From Phoronis australis (Eukaryota > Animalia > Phoronida), in contig NMRA01000076.1 in the NCBI GenBank assembly GCA_002633005.1, positions 186,001 to 250,000 on the forward strand: DNA of 64,000 nt. Direction: 5' to 3'. Both the position numbers and the translations under genes were made by a program. How positions within the stretch are numbered: the stretch's first letter is position 1; the number at the start of each line of letters is the position of its first letter. The notes under the pieces are model-generated. The model was not told the origin of the DNA. It saw only the letters and a list, made by a program, of their open reading frames with translations, and did no database searches. Below, piece by piece: positions 1 to 13,432 of the stretch.

Positions 1-458
1 AAGTGATTGATGTAATTGAACACAGCGATGATTCCTTTGTGAATAACATATGAGGGAACTTACAAACTTCAAGGATCGGCGGAAATTCATAAAAAATTCT
101 ACTTATTTAAGCAGTGGCAGATATCTGCACTCCTGTCCTTTGACGAAGAGCAGCAGATGAAACATAAAAACACATACAGCCTCGGAGAAATGGAGTTAGT
201 TCTATATATACCAGAAGGGAATAACTCTGTAGCCATGCATCGCACTGTGTAAATATCAGTTGCTATGCCCAGAAGCAGAATATACCCTAAACTTCTGGAC
301 ACTTTCACTCTTGAGACTGAAAAGTATCAGCATTCCAAAGTCACACAATAGAGACTCCAGCCTGAATTACAACAACAAAAAAGAAAGCTAAAGTCAAAAC
401 CCAACAAATTCATGACCAGCTCCTCAGCAAGCTTTTTAAGGGATTCGCCAACACTCAC

Positions 459-623
459 GAGCTTGCAGCGCTGCGCATTGATCTTGGTGACGTTCACTGG
501 CTCCCTCTTCTGGACATCTTCGAATTGAACTTCAGGGATGGCTAGCGCACACACGATATGAGCCCAGTTGCCGCAGGTAGTGGGCTTCAGGGCACCCCCT
601 CTCAGCATGCATAGACAACAGCT
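459..623 (-). CDS. KDM4: KDM4 coding exon 12 (Zn-knuckle/extended PHD2); gene continues beyond the window start
   Basis: SCCLCMLRGGALKPTTCGNWAHIVCALAIPEVQFEDVQKREPVNVTKINAQRCKL. The 12 exons total 4410 nt in frame. Confidence 0.92.
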
Positions 624-1118
624 CTACAAGAACAAGAAGCATATGAGTCAACAGAGCAAGCTGCAGCAACACTAAAGACATTCAAGTAAATGTTCCACTC
701 ATGATTGAAAGAGACTGACCATTCTAGTAATCAGCAACTGGCTTGGCTGATCTCAAAGGTTTCCACCAAACATCAATGCAATGAGAAACAAAACATATCG
801 AAACAAAACAAATTATTTTAGAAGAGCTTCACTTCTAAACAAAAAGGCAATTCAACAAAACATGCAAATATTAACGCTGCTAGAGAGTACGGTAACAAAA
901 GATTATCAATCCTGCCAAGGAACGCCCTCTTTTGGCATCCTAGTCTAATACCTTCCCGGTATATTTATTTGACTTTCAGTTTCAGAGTTGCGCAATACCA
1001 ACTAGTTCTGAAAAGGACCAACTTCAGCGGTCCCAACGTTTTAAGCGATATGAGGTATCTTCCCGATCAAAAAGCTTCATCCCCGGTTAGAAACTGAAGA
1101 AGATACCGCACTACTCAC

Positions 1119-1189
1119 CGCACTGAATGCCTGCTGTTCACACACACGACACTGCCAAGGTTCTGAAGCATCGGGACACCCATAACAAC
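1119..1189 (-). CDS. KDM4: KDM4 coding exon 11 (end of PHD1)
   Basis: SCYGCPDASEPWQCRVCEQQAFSA; ACAG/GTGAGT boundaries. Confidence 0.88.
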
Positions 1190-1590
1190 CTGTTGACGAG
1201 AGCACAGGTAAATAAAAGTCCAAAAGTACAAGAGACACAAGTGACATAACTAATGGCAGTAGCAATATACTGGATAAGAACGGATAAGAACATTATTTAG
1301 TTCTCCAGAAACTGATTAACAGGACATAATTACATATCATTAAGTCTATGAACTGACACGAGATTTACTTCAACAATTTTTTGCAAGAACTCAAAACTGT
1401 CGTGTATGAACAAATGTTTGGAGTTAACTCCCCCAGCCCATTTAAGTTCTCCCTCGACTTTGTGCTTTTTTGATTTTGTACGCGCTTCAAACGCAGTTAA
1501 TCTTCTGCTCATAACACTGTGATATCAAATTCTATAGCAGAAGAGCCACTTTTGCATCTTAACTTCCTGTTGACTTATTGTCGTACGTAC

Positions 1591-1768
1591 TGGCATGGAC
1601 ACGGAGTTTGCAGCCATGACATTCCAACAGGGGAGATAACCCATCTTCACCCAGACACGTGTTCAAACCCAGTGGCGCGGGGTTCTCTGCGCTCGTCGCA
1701 AAGCACATCTCCGGCACGAGTGGCAGAGAACGAGAGACAACTTCCGTTATGTCTGCGTCGACAGTAGC
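1591..1768 (-). CDS. KDM4: KDM4 coding exon 10 (PHD1)
   Basis: SLPLVPEMCFATSAENP...EDGLSPLLECHGCKLRVHA; PLxPEMCF and CxxCxxxVHAS motifs. Confidence 0.9.
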
Positions 1769-2227
1769 CTGTATCAAACAAACACCATTCAAGTAAATGT
1801 GCAGAGCTGGTCGGTGATTACATCATTCAACAAGATTTATGGTAGGTGATAATGCAGCCAGGTTAAGCACGTTAAAATCTCCCAACGTACATGCCAAAAG
1901 CATTCAGCCAAAATATTATTTCCCGGGCATGATGGCTAACCCTGTTCACAGCCCAAATTATCCTTTAGTAACTATCATGGCCTCAAAATTACAACTGCAC
2001 ATTGTCTTAGCCACCTTACTAATTTTTCCGCTAATTTCCCTTCAGTCTCCATCGTGACAAAAGGCTCCTCTGATGACGAATTCGGCTTCTTTCTAGCCGT
2101 CAGGATGGGTAATTCTGGCTCATTTTGCTTACCCAGCACAACTGCCAGTAAGGACTCAGTCAGAGTCAGGGAGAAAGCAATGCACAGTACAATACATACA
2201 CTCAAGCACTTCCCCATCCTCACCCAC

Positions 2228-2300
2228 TATCCCCTCCCTCTTTGCCCCTCCCCCCTCCCTCTTTGCCCCTCCCCCCTCCCTCTTTGCCCCTCCCTTAGCC
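2228..2300. repeat. 21-bp C-rich minisatellite, about 3 copies
   Basis: cccctccctctttgcccctcc repeated in tandem. Confidence 0.85.
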
Positions 2301-2841
2301 CCTCCCACACACAAACACCGAGGAACTTTTTTGATCGCTATCACTCTTGACCCTCAATTTTCCACCCAAACACCAAGCTGATGGAAAGCAACATGATCCA
2401 GGGGTGAGCAGGCCAGAGCTGCTCAACATCTCAGTTGACAAAACTGATGAGTAATTGCGACTGTTACGTAACCTCACAAACAAAACAACCTTAATTGATT
2501 AAAACCGCTTACTGCTATAAAACTGATCTCATCTTGTAGCTAAGTATTGAGATGAGAGGTGGCTTCTGGGATTGGATAATGTTAAATTTGTTATTGCTCA
2601 AGACCTTGCTCAGCGTATAAAATAACGCGCCATGGCAAGCCAATTAAATTAATGAACCTGTCCTCAAGCAATAACATGTGACAGACTAGCAATCTCCTAA
2701 GAGTAAAGAACAAGTCCAGACGAATATCACAGATCAGCAAGTGGTCTGAATCAGAAGCTAATTTTTGATGGAAGGTGGGTTCATAGCAGCACTAAACGCT
2801 TAGTGGTCTTTTGTAGAGTTCCATTAAGAAAACCACCTGAC

Positions 2842-2987
2842 CTTGTGTGTTCTGAAGAGTGAGCAGACAGCACAGTGTGGCCGCTGTCTGGCGCACGTCT
2901 CGTTGTATGTCCGGATCGCCTCTAAATTGGCTGGCTTGAACGACCAGATGCAAGAGAGAGGCTCCGCCCATGCGGCACCAATATCCA
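2842..2987 (-). CDS. KDM4: KDM4 coding exon 9 (pre-PHD)
   Basis: WAEPLSCIWSFKPANLEAIRTYNETCARQRPHCAVCSLF resembles the recalled KDM4 WAKPL...PHCAVC segment. Confidence 0.9.
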
Positions 2988-4279
2988 CTACGCAATCACT
3001 AACTGCATGAGATTCTACAATGCACGCCAAAGTCAACGAATCATATTGGTGGTCAGGTCTTTTCATAATAAGTAGTCTTACAGATAGAATATTGAGGAAA
3101 GCCTTTAACATCTACAGCTGGACAAATAAGCATTGCATACCTAGTTACACGGGAGCAATTTTACTTTAAACACAGCACCTATAGTCTGCCTACAAGTCAA
3201 GTTTTACATTGTGCTTCAACAAAAAGTGTTCTACCAATGTCATTCGGTACGCAGTTGAAGTACTTTCACATAAAGGCAGATGGCAGCAGCCGCAGCCAGC
3301 AGCCATCCCGATTTTCCAACACCAGACGAGTGAAAATTTGTTAGCGTGACAACACGCAATAAAAATGTCAGACAAAAATTATTAAAATAACCGCAATCAC
3401 AAAGAAATCCGTTATGAAACAACACATTTCGCTTTATTGACTAAAATCACCACCAGATGAGGAGAAACAAAACACCAAATGTTTCAATATGTAAGACAGC
3501 GCAACCAAAGTGTACAAGAAATACAAATGTGGTAGGATGGGCTGTCACCCCATATATACATTCATATTCTGGTGTCCATTGCGACGTCTACTTAAAGCTA
3601 TTTGTTGGCTAGTCATTGGTAGGCAAATGCCCATGCCAGTTCTCTGGAGACCTCGTGGTTTGAGTCAGTCTTTTATCAGAGTTTGTGAAGTGTGGCCGTA
3701 TCGTTGATGTACGTACAATATACAATTAAACTGCAGTTGCTGGTCTTATTTACTTGTGAATCACGAACCCGTGACACAAACAACAGGCTACCATAGCTGA
3801 TGATTGAATAAGCTCTGGTTAGCATTCAGTGAATGGTGGTGTTCTTTTCCTGTCAATGATTTTTGACAAGTTTTCTCTGTGCCTTCTCGAGGTAATAACC
3901 CTAACACTACCAACCTGTACCTATGGTAGCCTACTGTTTGTATCTCTTGTACACTGTGCTTCAACTGACTTGCTTATCAAATCACTTGATTTGAACTGAC
4001 CTGATGAGTTTAATTAAAAAAGCAAAATGTCGTGTTGTTTAATACAGATTTTTTCAAGATTGCGGTTATTTCATAATTTTCAATATCATTGCTACCAAGG
4101 ACTCACATCGTGCCAGATTAAGTACATTTTAGAGAGAATTCGAACAATTTCTGCTCATAAGTCGACTTTTACCATTGAGCCGCGTTGATAACAATGCTGC
4201 AAGTCTTGAAATCCAATGTTTCATAAACAAGGTGTCTGACAAACAGAACTGAAACAATTCAATATTTGAAAGTACTCAC

Positions 4280-5232
4280 CATCTGAAGACGAAACACTGC
4301 TATCCGAGACCGTCATCGATAGTGGTTGCTTACCACCCTTCACAGTTCTCTTCCTTCCAACTTCACTGCAGGCTCTAGATTGAACTCCAACAGCAGCACA
4401 ACCTTGATTCATATTAACATTGGAAGTTGTAACAAGCTCCAGTGTTTCAACCTTGCAACCGTTTCCAGAGCCTGCGTCCCACTTAACAACAGTCAGTGGC
4501 TTGCTCACACTTTCTTCAGTGCCCGAGCAGGATGGTTCCTCCGCTGGTCGGGCAGCACTCTCCGAAACAGCTGTGCTTTCAGTGTCTATTGCCAATTCCC
4601 TATTAGGAGACAACGTATCAAACATGGTAGGCGTCTGATCCACACAGGACCACTGCATGTCCTGCGGTAATTTAAACGGTTCTGAATCAGTTTTTTGAAT
4701 GCTTCCTGCCACAGACTTTCTTCCTGTCACGATTCGACGCTTTTCCTTTTCTGCTGTTTGAGCCAGTAGTGCTAGAGGTGCGCTGGCCAGTCTCAAGGAG
4801 GCTGAACTCTGGGGGGCTGCTGTTGCTGTCCCACGATTGGTAGAAGCGAGGATCGTACCACCAATAGGGGTACTGCCACTGCCACTGCCATGGGTTTGCA
4901 GCACCTGACCAGAAGTTCCAGACACTCTGTTGGTTATAAGGAGCGGTTGAGTGCGCAGCTGAATCGGAGCCTCTGGTGTGCCAACCGCCGGCCCAGACTT
5001 GGGAATCAACACTGGCATGTTGTTGATGAGAGCCAGCTGGTGCTGGCCACTGGTCACCACAACTCGGGATACCATCCCCTGACGATGAGGAGAGGCCGCT
5101 GGAGGGCTGGTCTGAGGGGATCCACTGTGAACCAGGAACGAGGCCGTCGTGGACGGGCACGGCCTCGTTGTTACCCCTAAAAAATGATCCCTGCTTGAAG
5201 AGATTGACGATTTACTTGTAGCCAACAAGAAA

Positions 5233-5266
<34 letters not shown>

Positions 5267-7068
5267 GCAGTTGTTGTTGCTGTTGCTGCTGCTGTTGCTT
5301 TTGCAGTAGCTTCTGTTGCCGTTGTAACTCATTTAGTTTCTGCCGTTGTTGCTTCAGCAATGCATCAATGGACTTAGTCAGTATTTGCTGCTTTTGTTGT
5401 TGTACCATTTCAGTGACAGTTTTTGGCAAATTCTGGCGATTAGCCAGCAAGGCAGAGTCGCTAACCGACTTCACAGCCGTAGAAGCCATTGAAACAGAGC
5501 CACGAATGTCCTGTTTACGTAATAGTGGAGGTGGCGTGTCAGCAGTTACAGTGTGAGTCACTTTTGGACCAGCTAACGATTCAGCTGCACTTGGTATGAG
5601 TAACTTATTTGCATTCGAAATCAACTGCCCGCCACTTGGTGAAGCGGATATTTGGACACTGTTTCTGGAGGAAACAATGGAACGACTCTGGGCAGGTATA
5701 ACTTGCTTAGGCATTGAAGCAGGTCTTTGTGTGGGAACAGTAGTTGAGACTGATGATGACACAGGGTTTTTTAAGCTCTTACTTAATGTCTGCTGTATGA
5801 TTAGCTGTTGCTTGGCAACACTTTCAGCAAGGGTCTGACTCACCGGCAGGCTATTCGCCTTGACATAGCTACCAAACTGAGGATTGAATGTAGTCCTGCT
5901 TTTCGTTTTATGTTTTATAGGTTTGGTCTTTGCATCAGTAACCTGATGAGGGTGGGCAACGCTGTTGGTCGTAACTTTGCCACTATTCGAGTTGGTAACG
6001 ACGGAGTGAACATCCGTTGTAGGCTTGACTACCACAGTCTTAGACGCCTTCTTGACACCCAGATTGTTCCGTTCAGCAGCAGCAAAATTCAACAACACCG
6101 GCGCCTGGCTGGTACAAGCACTGGCCACCTGCAGATTGGGATTCACAAACTGGGGTGTGCCGGCAAACTGAGGTGGTGCCTGAGCTGGGCGAGACAAGGA
6201 GATGAGCTGTTTGACAGAGAGCCGGGCACCGAGGTCCGCCTCCCCTCCCATGTCCACTATAGTCCCAGCAGAGCACACCGAGGGGCCAGCACTCGTCGCC
6301 TGCAGAGAAGCGTGTTTAGCTGGACGTAACATGCTATGCCCCATTTTAATCAGCTCGCTACCAGACTGCGTGAAACTCGGGTTGGTTTGCGTCGGCAAAC
6401 TCGACCCTTCAACGAAACCGTGACTCAACTGTGAGCCAGACGTGGAGCTTTGGCAGCTGATCTTCGCAACTTTGGCCGGCGGCGGCGTTGTGCCGGTAGC
6501 AGTCTGGAACTCGCACTCAGGGTTCAACACCGGTGGACTGCCGCCTGCACGAGAGTAACCATGATCGCTGGTGGAGTCATGCAACACAGGCATGTTAGGC
6601 TGCCTGCGTTTCTTTGGCTTGCGCGGTTTCTTCTCCACCGTCGCCATCTCCATCAGCTGTTGTTTGCTGATCTCTACTTTCTCGGCATGTCTCATGAACT
6701 CCTCCAAGAAGCTACCTGGAGGAGGCTTCTCAGTTGGCTCAATAGCATGGCTCAACTTCTTGGGAACTTCATCTTTAGCCTTCTTTTCCCTGACAGGCGT
6801 CATTTCCAAGTCCACATCCGAATCGGAGGACGAATCGCTAGACGTCTCCACAAATTCTTTAGACAGGGGTTTCTTACCAAGAACACTCATCTCATCACCT
6901 TCAGGCTTCCTCCCCTTCATCTTGGTTTTCTTAGTTTCTGATGTGGCATCATTGTCTTCGTCATCATCCGAATCTTTGGACGATTTGATTTTTCCCCTGC
7001 CTTTCTTCAACGACAATTTCTTAGAAATGGGCTGTCTCTTCCTCACGCTCCCAGACTGGTTAGATGCG
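4280..7068 (-). CDS. KDM4: KDM4 coding exon 8, giant low-complexity linker exon (S/T/P/Q-rich, polyQ)
   Basis: Lies within the 966-aa ORF 4221-7121. TTTTCAG acceptor at 7070-7069 and GTGAGT donor at 4279; phases 2 and 1 join exons 7 and 9 in frame. Confidence 0.85.
5233..5298 (-). repeat. CAA/CAG trinucleotide repeat encoding polyQ in KDM4
   Basis: (ttg)n/(ctg)n on the + strand, in frame in exon 8. Confidence 0.9.
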
Positions 7069-7470
7069 CTGAAAATAGAAGAAACGTGGTACAAAAAATT
7101 CAGAACATCTGCTAGAAGCATATGGATTCCTTAGCCAGCTGTACACACAATCAAACAAAAACTTGAATACGTTCAGCTATGCTCATTTTTTTCACAATAG
7201 TAGTAACCAGTTGCATCAGCCGAGATGAGTGTAGAAGAAAACAATGGCTAGCAGGAAATTTCCCTCCCAACTGACTTCACTCTAAAAGAGTTTCAGTTTC
7301 ATAAAACGTTAGTGCTACGGTCACCTGAACTGTGGAGGAATCAAAACAGTGCAACAGGATGCACATCAAAGATTCCTGAACGGGCGCTTGTCGGTGCTCA
7401 TACATATAATTTCTTCTCAAAGGGACATGTACTTTAGTATGCTGCAAATAAATAATACAGATTGACTTAC

Positions 7471-7619
7471 TTCTTTTTGTACTTGGACAGCTTATTGAAA
7501 TCTTCCTCAGGGTGTGGCCCTAAGTCACGTCCCGCCTTCCACAGCTCATAGCGATCAGGCTGGAACCGTTTCACGAAGCAATCCATTTCTATCTTCACAC
7601 CGTCCTTACGGCACGTGCA
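7471..7619 (-). CDS. KDM4: KDM4 coding exon 7
   Basis: [40 protein letters not shown], with the CxC Zn ligands; GTAAGT donor. Confidence 0.93.
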
Positions 7620-8123
7620 CTGAAAACGGTAAATGAGGAGTTATGGACTCTGCTAAATGGCAGTTCACTTAAAACTGTAAACCAACTTCTACTAGAGGCC
7701 ATGTAAAAGCAGAAAAAGGACGTCACAATATTCATTAGAGGGCACTATTGAAGAATAGTCCTTTCTAAAGACCTGAATAGATCAAGAGCAGTTTGCACAG
7801 TTCACCACCTTGGAGATATTCGTGTATCTATTCACTTGTGTTCGACTTGTGCTGTATGGTAAAAGTTGACGTCCTCGTTGTGAATACAGAATTCAGAAAA
7901 GTAACAAGATGGAGTCAGACAGAAAACATTGTTCACTTCAATCTTTCCGAAAGTGGCGCTCTTCTTGTAAAATGGAATCCACTGATTTTCGAAAGGGAAA
8001 AAACGGATTTCTTTCCTTTAAGAAACTGAAGGTATTAAGTTTAACGCAACCCAGTTCTCGTCTGCTAAAGGCCAAACGAGATTGAGCACAGTCAGTCAGT
8101 GCAGCACAGATGGTCCTACCAAC

Positions 8124-8261
8124 CTGGGCACATCTCTTCCCATACTCTATCCACCGCTCTGAGGCGAAGTTGGTCGACTCTGCACAGTTGAAGCCACAGT
8201 TAAAGCCAGCGTGGTAGCCGTACGGGAATGTGATCATGATCTCACCAGGCTCTTGAACAAT
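8124..8261 (-). CDS. KDM4: KDM4 coding exon 6 (JmjC, distal His)
   Basis: [46 protein letters not shown]. Confidence 0.95.
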
Positions 8262-9072
8262 CTACAGGAGACGGATAAAGAGCAAATGAAGAACGCCCGT
8301 CAATACGTCTTCCTATCATTCAATGCTCTCCCAAATGAGAAAGGCGACAAAAGTAACAGAAACACCTGCGTCTAATGAAAACCAAAGAAAACCATAAGTA
8401 CACAGAAGCCATGTTACTACACAACATCCGGAGGAAATTGCGTATGTTTTTTTCAATTTTTTTTGCAAAAAGTACTCCATCTGGATAAATAACAACTATA
8501 CCATTTAACAAAATGAAGCATTTCTCATAGCCTATTGCCCGCTATCACCGCAGATAGGCCCATTATGTACTACCTATCTTCCGAGAGTGACATACAACCA
8601 AGTGGAACATACTTCTTTCTCAGCTTTGGTGGCCCTCCTTGACGAACTTTCCATAGCTACAAGCCTGTACAAAGCTCTCTATATTTTACTACAAGTAATT
8701 ATTTCCGACTGGGATCACTTGAAAATCAGTGTATCCACTCAAGTGATCACCCAGTCTTTTAAAGAAGTTTAAATAAATAAATAAATTTTGTGTGACCAAT
8801 AGTATCGGGCATCACTCGCGATGAGATCAGCTGGTTACTGTAGATATGTGGAATGATGACTCAAGAAGTCTGCGCTACACTTTGGCACATACCAGTAACC
8901 CTTATACACCGGCAGCTTTTCAGCAAACTACGTCACACCAAGGGGAGGCAGCACAGATGTGAACACGTCTACAGTTTGGTTGCATCAAATAAGCATATGA
9001 ATGCCTTTACCCAGACGATAAAATCTGAGGGATGACAATACCAAAAAGGACATTTTTGCATGCGATACACAC

Positions 9073-9176
9073 CTTGTCATAAGGAATTGAATACTGGCGC
9101 AGAATCTGCGGCGAGATAATAGTCATCTTATGCCTGAGGAAGGCCTCACAGGACTGGGCACTGGCCGGGAAAAAAC
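9073..9176 (-). CDS. KDM4: KDM4 coding exon 5 (JmjC)
   Basis: [34 protein letters not shown]; Zn-ligand C and H in CEAFLRHK; phase 1 to 0. Confidence 0.93.
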
Positions 9177-9803
9177 CTGGAAATACAATGACCGGAACAG
9201 TACATCAGGAGAATGAAAAATATCTAAATAATAACCAGAACTGCACTTTTACAGTGAAGATTTTATGTACTATACAACAAAGATTGCTAGAGTAAATTAG
9301 TGTCTGTGACTATTCAAAATAAAGATTAAACATGAAACATTAACTACTTAGAAAGCTACCCCAGACGTCGTCTCATTTACAGGCATTGGGCCATAAAAAC
9401 GCATATAGAATATACAAAGCAGACCCCTAGATTCTGCCTCTCATACAGACCCGTGGGTCTTGAAGGGACATGATAGGTTTTAGGGCTGAAAACGCATTCA
9501 TTTTGGAGATTATTCTGGGATAAGATAAAGTTCTTGGAGTTTTTAGCTTTGACCGGAGCTATAACACGACAATATCCATTGTGTTCTTGTGATTTCATTA
9601 CAAATCGCCAGTTCTTGCTGTTGTCTGCCAGCTGAAACTAAGGCTAAAGACCGTATCAGTAAAATACGCTTAAAATACTCAGCTACTAAGCGAGAGGCTT
9701 TAGCCCTGCTGGTTAAGCGTCATCGGCGACCACAAAGGTAATGAATTCGAATCTGTCTTGGGGGAGCTAATCTTAAAAAAATTTTTGCCTATTATGTCAC
9801 TTA

Positions 9804-10112
<309 letters not shown>

Positions 10113-10391
10113 TTATTTAAGACATAGTAATCAAGCCAAACATTTGATACAGTGTGCAGAGCATGAGCCACAACCCCCAGAAACAGTCTCATAATACGAC
10201 TAAATGTATTCCCACGTGGTGCTCATTAGTCAAAGCAAAGCCATATACTTTATATACCGTAAGTCCCAGACAAGTAACCAAGTGATTACAAAAGCTGCCC
10301 TCTTCCGCTACAAAGACACACTCAATATACCATAATCCCCCGAAGTGTAGCCCAGCATTACAGCCAGTAAATTGTAGCACAATGTACCTAC

Positions 10392-10570
10392 CGTAATCCC
10401 CAGCAACGTAGTCCAGTATAGAGCCCAGTCTCTGAATGTTCCACACATCCTGGTCTTCGTCCGTGATGGAAGCCGAGATGTCAGCACCGTAGATGGGTTG
10501 GTTGAACGTGATGTTCTTCCAGTACTTCCTCTCCAGGTCCTCGTAGTCTTTGTGAAACGGGGGTTTGTAC
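10392..10570 (-). CDS. KDM4: KDM4 coding exon 3
   Basis: YKPPFHKDYEDLERKYWKNITFNQPIYGADISASITDEDQDVWNIQRLGSILDYV contains the conserved LERKYWKN and PIYGAD motifs; phase 2 to 1. Confidence 0.93.
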
Positions 10571-10619
10571 CTAAATACAGACGCAGTGGCACTTCATTGA
10601 TTTTTATGGTGGTTTGTAA

Positions 10620-10980
10620 AAGAACACACGCAAAGAGAATGACATGTCAATGATAATGTATTGCGGTATGGACAAGAACACACACAGAGAAAGATAGAAA
10701 GCAGTAATGTTTTGTGGCTTGCACCACAACACACACAGAGTGACGCATGAGTGATACTATATGGTGGTGTGTACAAGACGACACACACAGAGAATGACAT
10801 GTTAGTGACAGGGTATTGTGGTTTGGACCGGAACACACACAGAGAGTGACACGAGAGTGCTATCGCATGGTGAGGGTATGCAATTCAACACACACAGGGA
10901 ATGACATGTCAGCGACATTGTATGGTGATGGTTTGTAACACACACATGAAAACATACATGCACAGAGACACACACAGAAG
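10620..10980. repeat. Degenerate intronic minisatellite
   Basis: Recurring acacacagag..aatgacatgtca..tatggtggt motif at roughly 55-60 bp spacing. Confidence 0.6.
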
Positions 10981-12365
10981 GACCATTCCAACTGTCGCAG
11001 GTCACTACTTAGTTCCCATTGAATGTTGAAACCTTCACTGCCATGGCAGGGAAATTTTGAAGACTATTAAGAATGACAAGTTGTCAGTGACACATAAATT
11101 ATATCTTAAAGTTAAACAAAACATACGGTGCAACAATAAAAATGCTCTACAATTGTTATTCATGAGTGGATTGCTATGAAACTTTAAGCGTAAGATGCAA
11201 ACGTACTGTTTTATGATACCTTGCAGTAAATATTCACCAAGTAAAGTATTAAAGATTTCCGGAGACAAAATACCATCATCGGCCAATTTAGGGTTTGGGT
11301 TGAAATTCATAGCCCGCCAGCCCCGGTATACCTCGTCTCACATCTAGCATTTCAAACTCAAATTCTAAATCACAAATCCAGTGCTTGAATATAATATCAC
11401 GACCTGCAGGTTGACCTCAGGTTGAGTTTGGCGACCTGGGAAAAAATTCCAAGTCAGCATAAAGTCACCACTGCGAGTATCAAAGTCAGACAATAATTCC
11501 CTCCTGAAATTCGTTTCAAAGTTTGTGTTGACTTGCAAACTTTAAATTACAAACCATATTCCTAGATTTCATACATTTGGTTCACAATTGTTCTGTTAAT
11601 TTTGTGAAATCAGTGCATTTGCCACCACAGCAGTCAGCACACATCAAACATGCGCTTAAATTACAACAGGAAGTAAACAGACGGAAGTATGAACTGTTCG
11701 ACAAAAATTGGGCAAGATCGGTGAAACACACGCCTCCAGTGTATGCGATCATCTGTGTTCTATCTTCATCAGCAGAGGGTATTGAGTTAAAGATTCAATG
11801 ATGTATGTATTTAAGAGGAATGTGTAAGTTTCTGGGAACGGAGTACAGCACCACCTGGGATTTTCGCCAAGTCGGCAAATGCAACTTGGCGTCAAGCAAT
11901 TTGAGTCAATTAAGCTTTAACAATGGACAGTTTTGAAGCCATTGCATCAATGACAACAGAAAGGTTTGCGATCAACCAAAACTCTCTTCAAAATCCACCA
12001 CAAAAATCATTCTTTGATTTTTGTCCGGATTTCATTAAACTGTCCTCCTGTTGACTGCCAAGATCATTAACTTGAAGTTATCTCTCATGAGAATTAACTC
12101 CATAAAGAAAAGGAAAGTACTAGAGCAAATTTGCCGATCGGCATGCTTTTCCGTGACAAGGTAATTTGTCACATGGCAGGGAGAGTTAAGCATACTTTTT
12201 ATTTTTCTGTTAATCTGTAAATATTGAAGAAGTGGAGTTTTTTAAATCAAAACAATGTGTGTGTTGAAACCTGCTCTTACAAAGCAGCCCTGCAGAATGC
12301 CATTACTTCCATTCAGTTTTCATAAGTGTATGAGGGCGTGTGGCGCACTATGCCCCTAAACTCAC

Positions 12366-12541
12366 TTGTCACTGTTGGCCAGCTTCTCAAAGTCTTTACT
12401 CATAATGGCTTTCTTCTGGATGTTGTACTGTTGGAACAGGCCCTGGCAACCAGTCACCATCTGTGAGATGGGAGCTGGGATGAGGACGTCAACGTCGTCG
12501 TAGCCACCCCGCCTGGGCACCCACTCCTTGGGAGGGATGAT
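12366..12541 (-). CDS. KDM4: KDM4 coding exon 2
   Basis: [47 protein letters not shown]4-like; AG/GTGAG boundaries, phase 0 to 2. Confidence 0.93.
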
Positions 12542-13432
12542 CTGTTGAGCAATAAGACAACAGTACAACTACGCACATATAACACTTTGCTCATAAACAT
12601 ATGTTCTGCGATACCTGGATATGAGAGAAAAGACACCTCATTCTTCAAGATCTAATGTTTGCAAATGGGGGACATTCTCATAGCAACAACCATTGACCAT
12701 CGACAGAATTCATTTTATAGTTGCACAATCAGCATACTAAGGGCACGTATAACAATAGATAACCACAACAAAAAACATTTCACAATTCCCATCCTATTTA
12801 GTATATTAAGCATTTGAGCACGATACCGGTTTCAGAGGCGTGGTCTTTTAAACTCAGAAAAGAATGTCAATGAAACTAATGTATATTACCAAAACAAAAA
12901 GGCCAGTGTCAGTGAACAGGGGTTCTAGCATACTGCCAACATGAAGATTCCATTAATTCAGGGGTCCCAGAAAAATCTGCAATTATTTACAGAGAAAGCA
13001 AGTACACGAGGCTTTGAGGAACTTTTTGAATTCAAATCAAAGAGCACAATTCGTTTAGATCTCTCACATAAAAAACTCTGTTTGATTTGAATTAAGCCAT
13101 CCTATACTCCAAACTAGGATTCGGCAACTGGAAGTCGTAAAATCACAAATGACAATGTAACTGTTAACAAATCACAGTTTAAAAATAATACATGCAAATT
13201 ATGTAAGCAACTAGTAGTTATGGGTATATTTTCAGAGACTTTGCTGAGGGGTGACATGAAATTATTTTTTCATCTGGAAATATCAGTGTCGAGCGTAAGA
13301 TAAAATTTCTGATTTCAGTCTGGAATAACATTTCCATGAAATGTACTCTAGTTTGTTTTATCTACTAATTTGAAGACGTGCAGTCTTAAGGCCTCCTAAA
13401 GCAAAGTTCAAGGTTTATAATCTCACACCAAC

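Noticed and set aside
1975-2483. Exon-like ORFs in the KDM4 intron between exons 9 and 10
   Set aside because: Exons 9 and 10 join in phase without them and they show no KDM4 similarity; they cannot be supported without RNA data.
4326-7134. Several antisense or alternate-frame ORFs over KDM4 exon 8
   Set aside because: Shadow ORFs of a long coding exon, with no recognisable motifs.
9697-9770. tRNA-like A/B boxes (tagccctgctggttaagcg ... gaattcgaatc)
   Set aside because: No complete cloverleaf; at most a decayed SINE head.
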